A stretch of DNA of 64,000 nt, taken from Octopus bimaculoides. Taxonomy: Eukaryota. The translations under genes were made by a program, and so were the position numbers. The stretch is taken from NCBI RefSeq assembly GCF_001194135.2, contig NC_068998.1, forward strand, positions 53,263,186-53,327,185, read 5' to 3'. The notes below the pieces were generated by a model. That model had not been told where the DNA came from and searched no databases. It worked only from the letters and a program-made list of their open reading frames with translations. The first letter of the stretch is position 1. Every line of letters starts with the position of its first letter. Positions 1-12,342 of this stretch are shown one piece after another.

Positions 1-604
1 GCTTGTAGGTTTAATATAACCTTGGTCTGTGGGATGTTGGAGAGCATTGATTTTGATTTTAATTGGCATAAAAGCTACTGGTTATTTTATAGGTTATATA
101 TTGTGACTGGTGAACTGTTTTATATGCATGTCATCTACAGACATATCATTATTAACATACTGATTTCTTTTTTTTTTCCTGTCTACGCATAAATTTCTAT
201 TTTTAAAATTCACCTTTCTATAACAACATAGAACAATGTCTTCAGATCAAAACATCAGTAAATATTCTATTCAGTACAAATGTACCGACAAATGGTATAG
301 GCATCATACGTCTTACTTAACTATGAAAATCTCTGAAGTCAAGACTACATTATTTGAAGTCTAATATGAACTTATCTAGCGTGACTAATGCGCTGAGGCT
401 CAATGTCAAGACAATGTACAAACAGCGAGAAATCCACAGCTCATTTTAATTGTCTTATTCATACAACATACATTTCCAACAAGTGTATGAATTCGAATCA
501 AGAACAAGGTGCAGGCTTTGCGGAATAGTTGATATGTCTCTTTAACCAGTAAATTACTTCAATTGTGGGCCCATTGCGTGAAGCAACGGGAGTTGCATTG
601 TGAT

Positions 605-897
605 GGAAGCATTGTCTTTCATCACAAACATACCAGGCGACATACCTCTTTGTAGACGCTCACAGGTCACTAGCTCTTGAATTAATTTTGCCGTGCCACG
701 CATGTTCGCCCTAAATTATGCCTCGAGATTTTCTCATGTTACTGTCACTAGTAAATACGTTTAATGGGCAGATCTTTCAATTTTGAAAAGAACGGCAGAA
801 GATATTGGAACGAAACGATAAGTATATCATTAATTGAATAAACAATTCTATGTTAAAAACTTGTGTCCCATTGTCGCTTTAAAAAACCGAAGGATGT
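605..897 (+). mobile_element. Decayed mariner transposase 3' part, internally deleted, plus 3' UTR
   Basis: Manual translation gives IVFHHKHTRRHTSL (611 onward), similar to mariner VVFHHDNARPHTSL. It also gives ILPCHACSP*IMPRDFLMLLSL, similar to VLPHPPYSPDLAPSDFHLFRSL, then a RQKILERNDKYII-like C-terminus near 790-830. Stops and indels are present. Confidence 0.75.
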
Positions 898-1099
898 AAA
901 AATTCACCTAGAAGAGTTTTCTGCCAGTAAAGAGAGCAAATTATTTTGAACTGGGATGAGGGATGCGCCCCCAAGATGGTAGAAAATACTGGGATGAAAC
1001 TGGAAAGAGACCATTGATTGAATAAATGAATTTATATTTAAAATCTGTGTCCTATTTTCGCTTAAAAAAAAACAGAACGAAATTTCTGGCCACATCACA
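893..1099 (+). mobile_element. Second mariner 3' end (transposase C-terminus, 3' UTR and TIR remnant) in tandem with the first
   Basis: DVKIHLEEFSASKES resembles mariner DVKNHLEEFFASK. Its 3' UTR (ttgaataaatgaatttatatttaaaatctgtgtcctattttcgctt) aligns with the UTR at about 835-880. It ends in the TIR-like aaaaacagaacgaaatttctggccac. Confidence 0.7.
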
Positions 1100-3452
1100 A
1101 ACCATATTGCCGTGATATCTAAAACCTTGATCTCAGACTGTTTGGATTGAAATAAATGCGTCTTGAACAGAAAGTTATTTTCATAAATGAATCTTTTTAA
1201 GTATCAAAATATGAAGGACGCATGTGACGCAGGAAATTGCTTCTGACTGGAATCAGCTTCTATATAAGTAAGAAGTGGAAGAGGCATGCCAAGCAGGAAA
1301 TTGGATGTATGCTTTGTTTCTGACACAAGTAGGTTTCACTTGTATGAAACATGATCGATAACATCAGTGTTCGCAGTTGTGAGCATTCATCTTAATAAAG
1401 GGTGATCATTATCGATGACTGGTAATTGTTACCGTTCAGCATGTTTAGTTAACAAGTGAAATAATACATCATTGTCTCTTTGCCAGTCGGAAAAATAATC
1501 AAAAATAGCACTTGGTGTAAACATATTAGAGTTTCTAATAATGAAATATTCATTATTGACACCTTTTAATAAAAGTAACTTGTGACGGTCCTGAGTGGAG
1601 AAGTCCACGTTCACCGATCTGTTTCTAGCAATTCAGGGGTAATTCTTGTCGGTTTATTCAATAAATGAGTTACCAAACTTCAGTGAGTTTCTCATTTGGT
1701 AATTTTTACAAAGATTTCAATTTAGAAAAACAAAATCACTCACGACGAATATGACTTGGTAGTTTCGCTGAATTTAATAGAGAGTCTGTGTGAGAATAAA
1801 CATCATTGTCGAAAATGGCGTATAGACAAATAAGAAAATGTAATCAAAGCCAATGAGTTTTGGTATCGACGCCCCCAAGCGAAAAAGTAGTGTCGCCAAG
1901 ACATAAATAGAGGTAGTCTAGACGTGGTAGAGGAGTTGGGTAGCTGACAAGGAGCAGTCGAGAAGCAGTCGAGTAGCGATCATCCGAAGGTGCTAGATAG
2001 CAGTAGCTTGAGACATAATAGAGTTAATGCTAATAATTTAGCATAATTTTAGAGTTGATATACAATTTTTGGTTCAAAATATCACGAAGGCAATGGTTAG
2101 ATATTATATTAAGCATTAAACATCCAGCGTTTTAAATTTTGTTTATCTTGATGCTTCGATTCTTTTACTCACAAATGAATCGTAATGAAGCGCACCATCA
2201 CAAACATTAATGCAGTGTCAATAGATAACACCTTATTTGTCTGACGCATAGTGCCACAGAGTAACAATATTTAATCTCCTGTTAAGCTCTAAGTCATTAG
2301 ATCCTGATGTTTTTAGGTATCCTTGTGAATTGTAGCAGTATTCGAGCGACGCAAACGTATGTGCGTTCGCTCGACCACTCACTTTGTACAAAAATATTTA
2401 ATGGCTGTGGTTTCTAATAATTTTTCACTCATTCTCTTTCTGCCTGGCTGTGTCTATTTTGTCTTTTATTCAAAACCTCGGTTAAATTCTCTCTAATTGC
2501 TGTTATTCAACACATATTTAGATAAGAAGAGAGAACTAACGCTTTTAACAAGCAGTGTTTATTGAGAAAATATCGAACAGACTAACTATTAATTTTTTAC
2601 CATTTGGAAGTTTACTGAGGTTAATAGGCAGCCTGAAGGATAATACATCAACGTTATTGGCATGACTGTGACACAACCAAATAAAACAATAATTCAGCCT
2701 TAGTCTTCCATATAATATTAATAATAAATCATATTTTATATTTAGTATGTTATTTTGTTCATTGTATCAAATGCTAGTAGTTTAGATGCTCGTATTCAAA
2801 ATATTTCAGAGTTGGTATTATATGAAAAATTGTTTGCATAAGTCCATTGTCTGCTGATGGAGGAATGTCAATGCGGCTGAAGATATTGGAACAGAATTAT
2901 GTTTCTCAATGAAACAATAGATCGGTACTTAATGTGTTTTCCTCATTATATCATAATCTATTCATTCGCAAAAATATCACTGATTTCACCTACCTCTTTA
3001 AAAATTACATTAGTTTATTTGAATACAAAATATTTTTCTGTATATATTTCAGCTACTATCTGTCCATGATACTCGTTAGAGAATGATGATTCTTGCGATT
3101 TGCATGATTATAGTTGTCCAGTTGTTAAATCATAAAATAATTTTTTAATATTGTTATAAGAATCTTGCTTCTAATCGGATTATCTAAATGGTAAGACTTA
3201 CAGCAAAGTATCTCAATATCCTGAGGAGACGCAGTTATTAATTTAAATACTTTTCTATTAAATTATAGTTTCATTGTCTATAAGCATTAAAAATTAATCT
3301 ATCGATTTCTAGCTTATACAGGAATATTGTATATATTTTAGTGTGAACATGACAGCTATATTAAAACCACACATGCATTTAGTCTCAAACGTAACTCCAT
3401 CAACTCATTATCGATATTTAGTTGTTTGTCTTCCTGTCTTTACATCTGTGTA

Positions 3453-3607
3453 TACACACACACACACACACACACACANNNNNNNNNNNNNNNNNNNNNN
3501 NNNNNNNNNNNNNNNNNNNNNNNNNNNNNNNNNNNNNNNNNNNNNNNNNNNNNNNNNNNNNNNNNNNNNNNNNNNNNNNNNNNNNNNNNNNNNNNNNNNN
3601 NNNNNNN

Positions 3608-3638
<31 letters not shown>
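3453..3638. repeat. (CA)n and (TA)n microsatellites flanking an assembly gap (N 3479-3607)
   Basis: Directly visible in the sequence. Confidence 0.95.
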
Positions 3639-3643
<5 letters not shown>

Positions 3644-3645
3644 GC

Positions 3646-3891
3646 AGGACTCTCCGCAGAAGGCAATGAATGAGTGTTTTGCTTTTGCCGAACGACCTGC
3701 GCAAATGATTCGGTTATAGCGATCAAATGTATATGAAGTACACTAGGACACTCCCTCAATAAATTCGACGTTGTGGTCACGTATCGAAACGATCGCGGGG
3801 CAACCAGAGATGAAAATTTTTGCTCAGAAACACAACGCACCACTCGGTCTCGGAATTGAAGTCGTGATCTGGCGATCGTGAGTGCAATGTC
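3646..3891 (-). mobile_element. tRNA-derived SINE with a head related to the 52597 copy but a different body and tail
   Basis: The reverse complement agacattgcactcacgatcgccagatcacgacttcaattcc...gcgttgtgtttctgagcaa aligns with the head of the 52597 element (ggacattcgactcacgattgtaaggtcgtgagttcaattcc...ccttgagcaag). Confidence 0.6.
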
Positions 3892-4424
3892 TCAAAGACG
3901 TTAAAATGTTGGAATGCTTTTTACGTGTTTATGATATTAGAATCGGCCATAACAAAAAAAAAAACAAGTTCATATATTTAGTAATACTAATGCTAGTGGT
4001 GGTGTAGTACCTTACTCAGTGTGTCTAATAGTTTTCTTCAAGCCTAGGTTTTTGACAAAATAACGTGTCCACTGACCAATGAGCAGGAACGTATTGCCTA
4101 GAGTTGACTATTAGCAGAACAGAAAAATCATACGGCGTTTATATCTTAGGTAATGAAACACGTTTGTGTCACGCACGATTTATCTATGAATAATATCCTG
4201 TTAGATTCCTTGAAATCGCCGCAATTGGCTTGATTGGCACACTTTGATGTTGCTCAATCGAAACACTATGCACAAATTGCTTCAAGAATGAAAGCAAATA
4301 AAATGTACCTCGAAGATTAGCAATTAAGCTTGCAACCAGAGAATAAATTTAGCCTGATCACGTTTCCAAACGTGTATGAAATTCAAACTAGACCTACAGG
4401 GATATATATATCTACATGTCATAA

Positions 4425-4639
4425 GGCGGCGAACTGGCAGAAACGTTAGTACGCCGGGCAAAATCCTTAGTGATATTTTGTCTGTCTTTACGTTCAGAGT
4501 TCAAATTCGGCCGAGGTCGACTTTGCCTTTCATCCTTTCGGGGTTGAAAATTAAGTACCAGTTGCGTACTGCGGTAGATCTAATCGACTGGCTCCCTCCC
4601 CACAAATTTCAGGCCTTGTGTCTAGAGTAGAAAAAGGAT
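4425..4639 (+). mobile_element. tRNA-derived SINE, family A, near full length
   Basis: It has an A-box-like ctggcagaaacgttag, a B-box gagttcaaattc and the core gtcgactttgcctttcatcctttcgggg. It is homologous to the copies at 16389, 18363, 40566, 42811 and 44466. Confidence 0.9.
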
Positions 4640-5639
4640 ATATACATATCATTTATATATACAATTGTGATCGAAATATTATGTAGATGCTTATACAACT
4701 TCTCAACCACTCAGTCATTTACAAATTTATTTAGAAACTGTTAATTATATATAAATTCTATTCGCTTTAAGTACATTCAGAAAATCTATATAAGTTCAGG
4801 AAAACGATTAAGTACATTCAGAAAAACTATTTAGTACATTCAAGAAGACTATATATAATGTTTGCAGGGGGGCTGAAGTTGGACCATTACTGATGCTATC
4901 GAAGAGAAATATTTAATTACTGATCAATAATTCGACTACTTTTAATTACGTCGGGTAACGTGGTTCTTGTGGAGTTCAATCGAAGTTCACAGCCACAAAA
5001 TATCTTCAGTAGAAATAGAGACTTTATCGTCTAATTAATGAACAAATTTGAGAATATATAGGAATTAATGTGTTCGTTCTGGACATTCTTCATACGAATA
5101 TATATATATATATATATATATATANNNNNNNNNNNNNNNNNNNNNNNNNNNNNNNNNNNNNNNNNNNNNNNNNNNNNNNNNNNNNNNNNNNNNNNNNNNN
5201 NNNNNNNNNNNNNNNNNNNNNNNNNNNNNNNNNNNNNNNNCAATAATTTAGCTTATATAAATGTATATATATATATATACACACACGTGTGTACATACAT
5301 ATATATAAGCTAAATTATTGCAAACCATTTAGGAATTGCAGATGAGCAGATTCAAGTAAACTTTTTCAAGTTATATACAGAAAAGAATGCAATGCGGAAG
5401 AATTACCTGCAGCTAACGAAACGCTCCGAAGCATTTGACTATTTCCTTTGTTTTATTTGAATTCTGAAACATTTAGCGAAATATTATAGGAAAATCATTC
5501 TTTGATAATTCAAGTTATACATTTTTTTTTGTATTAATTCATTGACATTTCTGTCCTCTTGGTACTGGTCAAAATTATTTTGAACACATTCTATCGCACA
5601 TACACAACTGGGAATGCATCAACAAAACTGCAATAATCG

Positions 5640-5748
5640 TATACGTATATACATACATGCATAGATATATACATGTGTTTCTGTGTGTGTGTATATATAT
5701 ATATATGTGCGCGTGCGTATATACATGCATATATATATATATATATAT

Positions 5749-5783
<35 letters not shown>

Positions 5784-5815
5784 TCAACATATACGTATAT
5801 ATATATATACATACA
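5640..5815. repeat. Compound (TA)/(TG)/(TAGA) microsatellite
   Basis: Directly visible in the sequence. Confidence 0.9.
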
Positions 5816-6322
5816 CCGCAAGGTATGTGGCAAAGCTGTTATATTCTGAAGTACAATGTTGTCATTCAAACGCGCACACGTTCAGATTCACAGTCACACA
5901 CGTTCAGATTCACAATCACACACATAGACACGTATCAAAAAATGGTTTAGAGACATATTTTCTTCTCAAATTCCAAATTATACATCTTCTGTAGGAGTTT
6001 TACACTAGGGATAGCGAGAGGACAGGAACTCTATCTTGTTTTATCTATTTTAGACCCACGAACCATTTATGAAAATTGTTTTGATCAGGATTTACGTCAA
6101 CTGCTTAGAGGTCACTGTTCTGAGAGAGTCTGTGAAGATTATGACAACACCCATTCAAATATCAAAATATATATTATTTGCAAGTAACGAAGTAAATGTT
6201 ATTCGAAAGAATAGTGGGAAACACGTGATAAATTATTTGAATTTTGTCTTTGGGGAGGAAAATTATCATAGGTTGAATAAGGCAAATTATTAAGGCAGAG
6301 GTGAAATACCAAATGTGTTTAT

Positions 6323-6981
6323 GAGCCAACGTGAAATTTTGGCTTAAACTTAGGAGTGTATTGAGCATGCTTCGGCAAGTATACGCGACGAGGCAATGGG
6401 TCGTACGCACTATTTCGACTGTCACATGTTCTTCAAAAGCAGAAAAACGTTCCTGGAAGTCTATGACTGCTCTGGAAGACGTGCCACGAGCGTTAACCAC
6501 AGAAATATAGTATTGTTCATCGAGAATTCGTCTCCCAGAGCCAGACAGTCAATCAAGAGTTCTACATAGTTTGAAGCCTTTGATGGATGACATTCGGCGA
6601 AAGCAACCGGATCTATAGAGTGCAAAGAAGACTTGGATTCCTTACCGAAATCTCCTCATTCACGCGGTTTTCGCCAAAATCAAAATGTTGTTGTTTCCGC
6701 AACCACTATTGTGGCCGGATTTAGCAACGGCGGACTTTTATCTCTTCCATCATAAAAATCCATCTCAAAGGTCGCCGTTTTAACACCATTGTTGTGCTCC
6801 ACTTCTAATTGCTGAAAGTCATCGAGTCACTTACGGAAAACGACTTCCAGGCCGGACTCCCAAACTGACAGAATCGCTACGCAAGAAGACTTTTTCGAAG
6901 GAAATGATTTTAAAACTTAGGTAAATGTGTTATTTTTTATTAAACAGAACTAGTCCGTGAGCCCTTTGATACCATCTTGTA
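6323..6981 (+). mobile_element. Mariner element lacking its 5' end: decayed, internally deleted transposase plus 3' TIR
   Basis: Translates to RANVKFWLKL...LSMLRQVY-DEAMGRTHYFDCH (N-terminal HTH region), KMLLFPQPLLWPDLATADFYL (similar to PYSPDLAPADF), LKGRRFNTI, LTENDFQAG and FFEG. The reverse complement of 6944-6981 matches 61912-61949 at 28 of 38 positions without gaps, and the element ends in TA. Confidence 0.9.
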
Positions 6982-7710
6982 AACTTTGTACTTACTCATT
7001 TTCTTTTAATAATGTATGGTGAAATTCGAGGGTTCTTTGCAATTTTCATAATGTTGATCCACCACGACATTGTAAGAGTAGATATTCCACCGTTGACTTA
7101 AAGTGTTAATATGCATAAGTTATTATTACTATTTCAGAAATTTGAAATGAGTATAATTTCTGACCAAGGAAGTTGAAAACATATGCAATTTCCTTCAAAG
7201 GCTAACGAGTGTCAGTTGCGTAGATAATGTCTGACATACTGGTCGAATGTGAAATAAATGTCTCAGGAATCGAATATATAGTCAATGCTTCAGGTAAGCA
7301 AAGGGTCATATATGACGTGGGTGTAATTAATATGTTGGCAATTTCTATCTCATAAATTTTATGTGAAGGTTTATATAAAATTGGCAAAGAGGTGGCAGAA
7401 CTATGCGAGTGATTAACACAAGAATGTGTCAGTACATGAGTACTTATATATGCATAGTTTTCACAAACCAATGCTTCTAAAGGAATATATATATAAAGAT
7501 AAGATTACATGATATTCACGATAGCATCTTTTTGGCATTAATAATAAACAGCATGCAGAGTTGAATATGAACGATATTACTCATACTAGTTAGCACTGAT
7601 TTGAATATGTCGGCGTGTGTGGCAGACAACTCTTGTTTGTTTGTTTATAATGTCCTGATTATTCTACTACCATTATCCTCCATCTTGTTTCACATTTACT
7701 TCTTACTCTG

Positions 7711-7711
7711 G

Positions 7712-7783
<72 letters not shown>

Positions 7784-7793
7784 NNNNNNNNNN

Positions 7794-7862
<69 letters not shown>
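7711..7862. repeat. (TA)n(TG)n microsatellite with a 10-N gap
   Basis: Directly visible in the sequence. Confidence 0.95.
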
Positions 7863-7863
<1 letters not shown>

Positions 7864-8440
7864 TGTATGGATGGATGTATGTACGTACGTATGTATGCAT
7901 GTATGTATTATACAACTAATATTTGGTATTGTCAAATCCAGTCTAAAATTGCTCAATGGTTACACCTAGTTTACTTTTGTTCGTGCCTTGTACATGAATT
8001 GGTGAAATGGCACATGGTTTCGCTATCTTTCACCGGCGCCCATACAGATGATACCAGACAACGTGTTGTGCCCTCGACTTTGACCCTGCAGACTATAAGA
8101 ATTTGCTAGGTGGAGGGAAATGGGTAGAAGCACCAATGTGGGAACTCAAGTATAGCTGGGCAAACGGGAACAGGTAAAATGAATATAGATTCAGACAGGT
8201 TTAACGCATTCTTTCATTCAAGAAGTCCGTCCAAAAATTTGATTGTACTGGAACTAAGGTAACAAATACATTTCCAGCTTTTGCTTGCATTAAAGATTTA
8301 AGCATTTGCCTAGTATTGAACATACGGAACTTACATTTGATAATAATTATATTATAAACTTATTCATTTAGTTACACCGAACAACATGAATTACAGGCAA
8401 GTTTTGTGCCTATATTTTTTTTTTCACTATATATCTATAA

Positions 8441-8508
<68 letters not shown>

Positions 8509-10899
8509 TTACATACGTAAATAGATAGATCCATATATATATGCATTTAAAGCGATATACGATTATGTAAGGAGATACGCATATGACAATGCATTCCCAT
8601 AATTAAAAAAGACATCTCTATGACTATCTGGATAAGCAATGAAAGGATTCCATGTGCGTTTCTCTATCGATTCATTCAAAACCCATATAATGTATAATTA
8701 TATAATTAGCTTAATCGCGTATTTATTCTATTAGATGTTATATGAATGACTGTGCATGTATTTATCAAACATAGAATCTATTGGCGACGACAATACAAAA
8801 CGTATATCAGATTTAATCTTATTTTAATCGATCTTTTATTCTGTACCCCCCCCCACATACACAAACACACACACATGCACATATGTACATACCCAAACAA
8901 CCAAACATGCACTTGCATATGAATATATAAACAGATAGATAGATAGATAGATAGATGTAAATAGTTACTCAAATATCTTTAAACACGCGCGTTTAAAATA
9001 TACCCAGAGTATATTATAGAAGAATTTCGTGATGATATGCAAATAAGAAAACTGTTAAAGAAACTTATTACATTTACCGGTAAAAAAAATACGACCAAAT
9101 GCCTATTTGATGACGGGTATCTGGTATCTGTCAGCTTTAATAAATAATCATATCCGGGCATATGAAAATATATGCAGGTTCATGGCAAACATCGACGAAA
9201 AAGATTTGTCACACTCACACACACATATTTACACCATATATGTATATAAATTGCTTCAAGTAAGACATTGGATGTTGCACAAACAATCAACTCGGAGTGA
9301 AACATTTCCTCAAGCAGAAACTGCTGTAAGCTACTGAAATTCATTGCGTAAATCTTGGTCTTTTGTCAATCAATTAATCAGACACACACACACATATTTA
9401 TCGATATATATCTTACTTCCATGCCATAAGTACTTGAGCAAACCCACTATTGTTGTTCTCGCTACTTATTTATATTTTACGTTTGTTACATTAACTGCGT
9501 TATAATAACAAAACAAAAAAAAACACTCACCTGCGCTTTTGGCATTCCTTGTACTTTTCAGCCATAATTCAATGCCCAAACAGGCCAGCATTTCTTTGAT
9601 GCCAAACCAACTTGCGGAAATATTTTCACTGCTTATTTTCTCTTTATTTTCTTACATAGGATTTTGTTTTATTATATTTCAGCCAGACTATCGTCTCCTG
9701 AAACATCAAGTGTTTCGACTCTTATTTTCTTATCTCAAAGAATTAACAAACAGCACAGGTCAAGTAATTTATTTGCTACAGTATGAAAGTTTATTATCAT
9801 TTAGTGGAGTTGGTAAAGGATGTGCTCTGCATACAGATAGAATGTAAATCCCTGCAACACAACACCGTCTCTTGTGAGGAAATCGTTAAATAATTACGCT
9901 TCTATTACTTCCAATAAAATGCAAATGAACTCTTTATTGGCAGTAAACGGTTCACTCAATTGAAATAAGATGTAAATAAAGTATCTATTTCCTAAGCTCT
10001 GTGACAATCGTATTTCCAAAGGATTTAAAGCATTGCTTATTCTATTTGTCTCAATATAGTGTTTAGAAATTCCCATTCAGGTGAATATTAATATTAATAG
10101 CATCGCATATTAAACATTTTCAAAATTGTTCAGTATGTAAACCCTTTCCCTCTCAATACTCATAAACATCAATTCTGTTAAACAAACCGCTCAAAACTAC
10201 AACGCATTTATAAAAACATATAAACTTTCAGATTAATCTTGAAATTTAAATCTGCTTTGGTTATCATTATGAGTGAGTGCACAATGTTTGTCATTTGTGT
10301 TTTGTATGTTTCAGAAAACGGTTCATGCTTCATTTTGCAGTCAGAGGAATCTAATAAGGACTAGCATGCTTTCAGAGGATTTCGACTTTTGCCGTTTTTA
10401 CAAAAAAAAGAAGCATTTAAGTAAAAAGGTTTAAACTGGGGACTTAAAATTTCAGTGTTAGAAATGGTAAATAGAAAATATATGAAGTGAACTATTGCCA
10501 TGGCACATATTTTGAACATTTAGTTTTACTGTAATCGATGAGGACAGAATTTGTAGGGATCACGTAGCGAGGATATGGGAGTTGATAATAGAGTAATACC
10601 TAGAATTTTTTGGAAAATTCCTAATAATAGCTTCACGAAACTGCGAAGGAAGATTAGATTTAATTTGCCTCCCATAAGGAAAAATTAATCAAATGGTTTT
10701 ACTATTAGTTACCTTAGTTTTAGTGTAACTATCTTTGAAAGACATACATTTACCTTTAGAACGAAAATAGAGGATTAGATAAGGGTTATCTCCCTTCCTC
10801 TGTTTGGTGTCGGCATATAAATTAAAATTGATATCGTCAATATCCTTACAACTAGATTTCATATCCCCATTAATAAAGGTAGAATAAGATATTGAATGG

Positions 10900-11100
10900 A
10901 ATTAATGTAGGTCCCTTTTTCTGTATAACCTGATTTAAATAAGGCGGAGTTATAAAATTCGGCCTTATCATTGAAAATTTCAACATTAACAGTTAACTTA
11001 GAAAATCTAAATGAAATATTCTTAACTAAGCTCCTAATAATTGCCCTAGAATGATTACTCAATTCGCTAATAGACTTAAGAATTCGCTAATTGACTTAAG
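10900..11100 (-). mobile_element. Penelope-like element (PLE) reverse transcriptase C-terminal fragment
   Basis: LKSISELSNHSRAIIRSLVKNISFRFSKLTVNVEIFNDKAEFYNSALFKSGYTEKGTY resembles the recalled PLE motif SNHP..IIK.LP..IS.RI..LSS....F..AAP.YN.AL..SGY. A 20-bp tandem duplication lies at 11061-11100. Confidence 0.75.
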
Positions 11101-12342
11101 ATTGTGTGTGGGAAGTACGAGTTATTGTGTAAGTCAAGTGTAATAACTAAAAAGTTGACCTTCGTTACATCTTCATCAAAAACGATACTTTTGCTCATTC
11201 TACGAAAAAACTTAACTAAGTGATTCTCAACTCTTTGTACTTTTTGGTCGGAAACATTCTGAAGGTAAAGTAAACAGTCATCACGATATAGACCTCCATT
11301 GATGGATGGGAATTCAGATGTGGTTACATTTTGAAAAAATATATATGGCTTTATAGCTGTCTCAATAATGGCTTATAGAAGTACCTTCAAATGAATATGT
11401 TTTATCACATGTAATGCTGTTCAATACAAATTACTCGTAATATTTTTGTATATTTAATACAAAAGCTAGATAAAATGTGTATTGCAGCTACCTCAGTCAA
11501 AAATAAATTAGATGACGGATGTGAAAGTTCTCATGGCGGAACCATTGTTGTTCATTTGGTAATGCGATGTAATTAATGAGCTATCAGGGAAATAGTTTGC
11601 ATAATCCTTCCTTTTCTTCTAATAAGACAATAATTACACCACCTTCAGCAACATACTATATTTAAAGATGTGAATTATATGTAAACAAGTGAGAAAAGTA
11701 TGTGAAAATACCATCTACGACAGATTGTCTATGACTACAATACTTACTGAACAAATAAATACAAGTTCACCAGCAACAACAACAAACATATTTTGAATTA
11801 ATTGAAGCCAAAAAGCAGTGAAGAATGCGTTCGTAATTAGAATTTGCCCAGAGAAAGCGTTTACTTAACAAACGTATATTTCTTACGTTAAGTGTTGTTT
11901 TTGTTGTTTTATTGAAAACGAATTAGGAATATAATTAATCTATAAAGTCATATTTTTTCTTGCTTATGATTCCAAGAAACGTTAATATCGAACGTAAGGC
12001 GATGATTTGGCAGAGGCTTTGTAGTATTGGTTAAATTGCCATTCAGTATTTTTCCTACATCTCTGCACAATGAATGCAAACCACGTCGAAATCAATTTCG
12101 AATTTCATCGTCTTGGGTTCCATAAAACAAAATATCAGTGAAATACTGCAGTCAATGTAATCTGATATTCTACACCTCATAAAATTGCTGACATTGTGCC
12201 AAAATTCAAATCCATTATTTAGAATCTCGACACTTCCGATTTAGTAGACGTTCGATACGATTTATGCATGCAACACACACGCGCAATAACGTATATAGGT
12301 ATAAATGCGTGTATGTGTGTATGGTTGTGTGTGTATGCTGGT

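Noticed and set aside
1429-1620. Minus-strand ORF (SVNVDFSTQDRHKLLLL...) as a phase-2 exon downstream of the 9531 donor
   Set aside because: The phase is compatible, but the acceptor is purine-rich, the donor is weak and I recognise no homology.
1840-2010. LTR-like segment with a TATA-like ataaata and a repeated cagtcgag
   Set aside because: There are no TG...CA termini, second copy, primer-binding site or polypurine tract to support it.
9539-9847. 102-aa hydrophobic plus-strand ORF
   Set aside because: The F/L/I richness reflects T-rich DNA, and there is no ATG context or homology.
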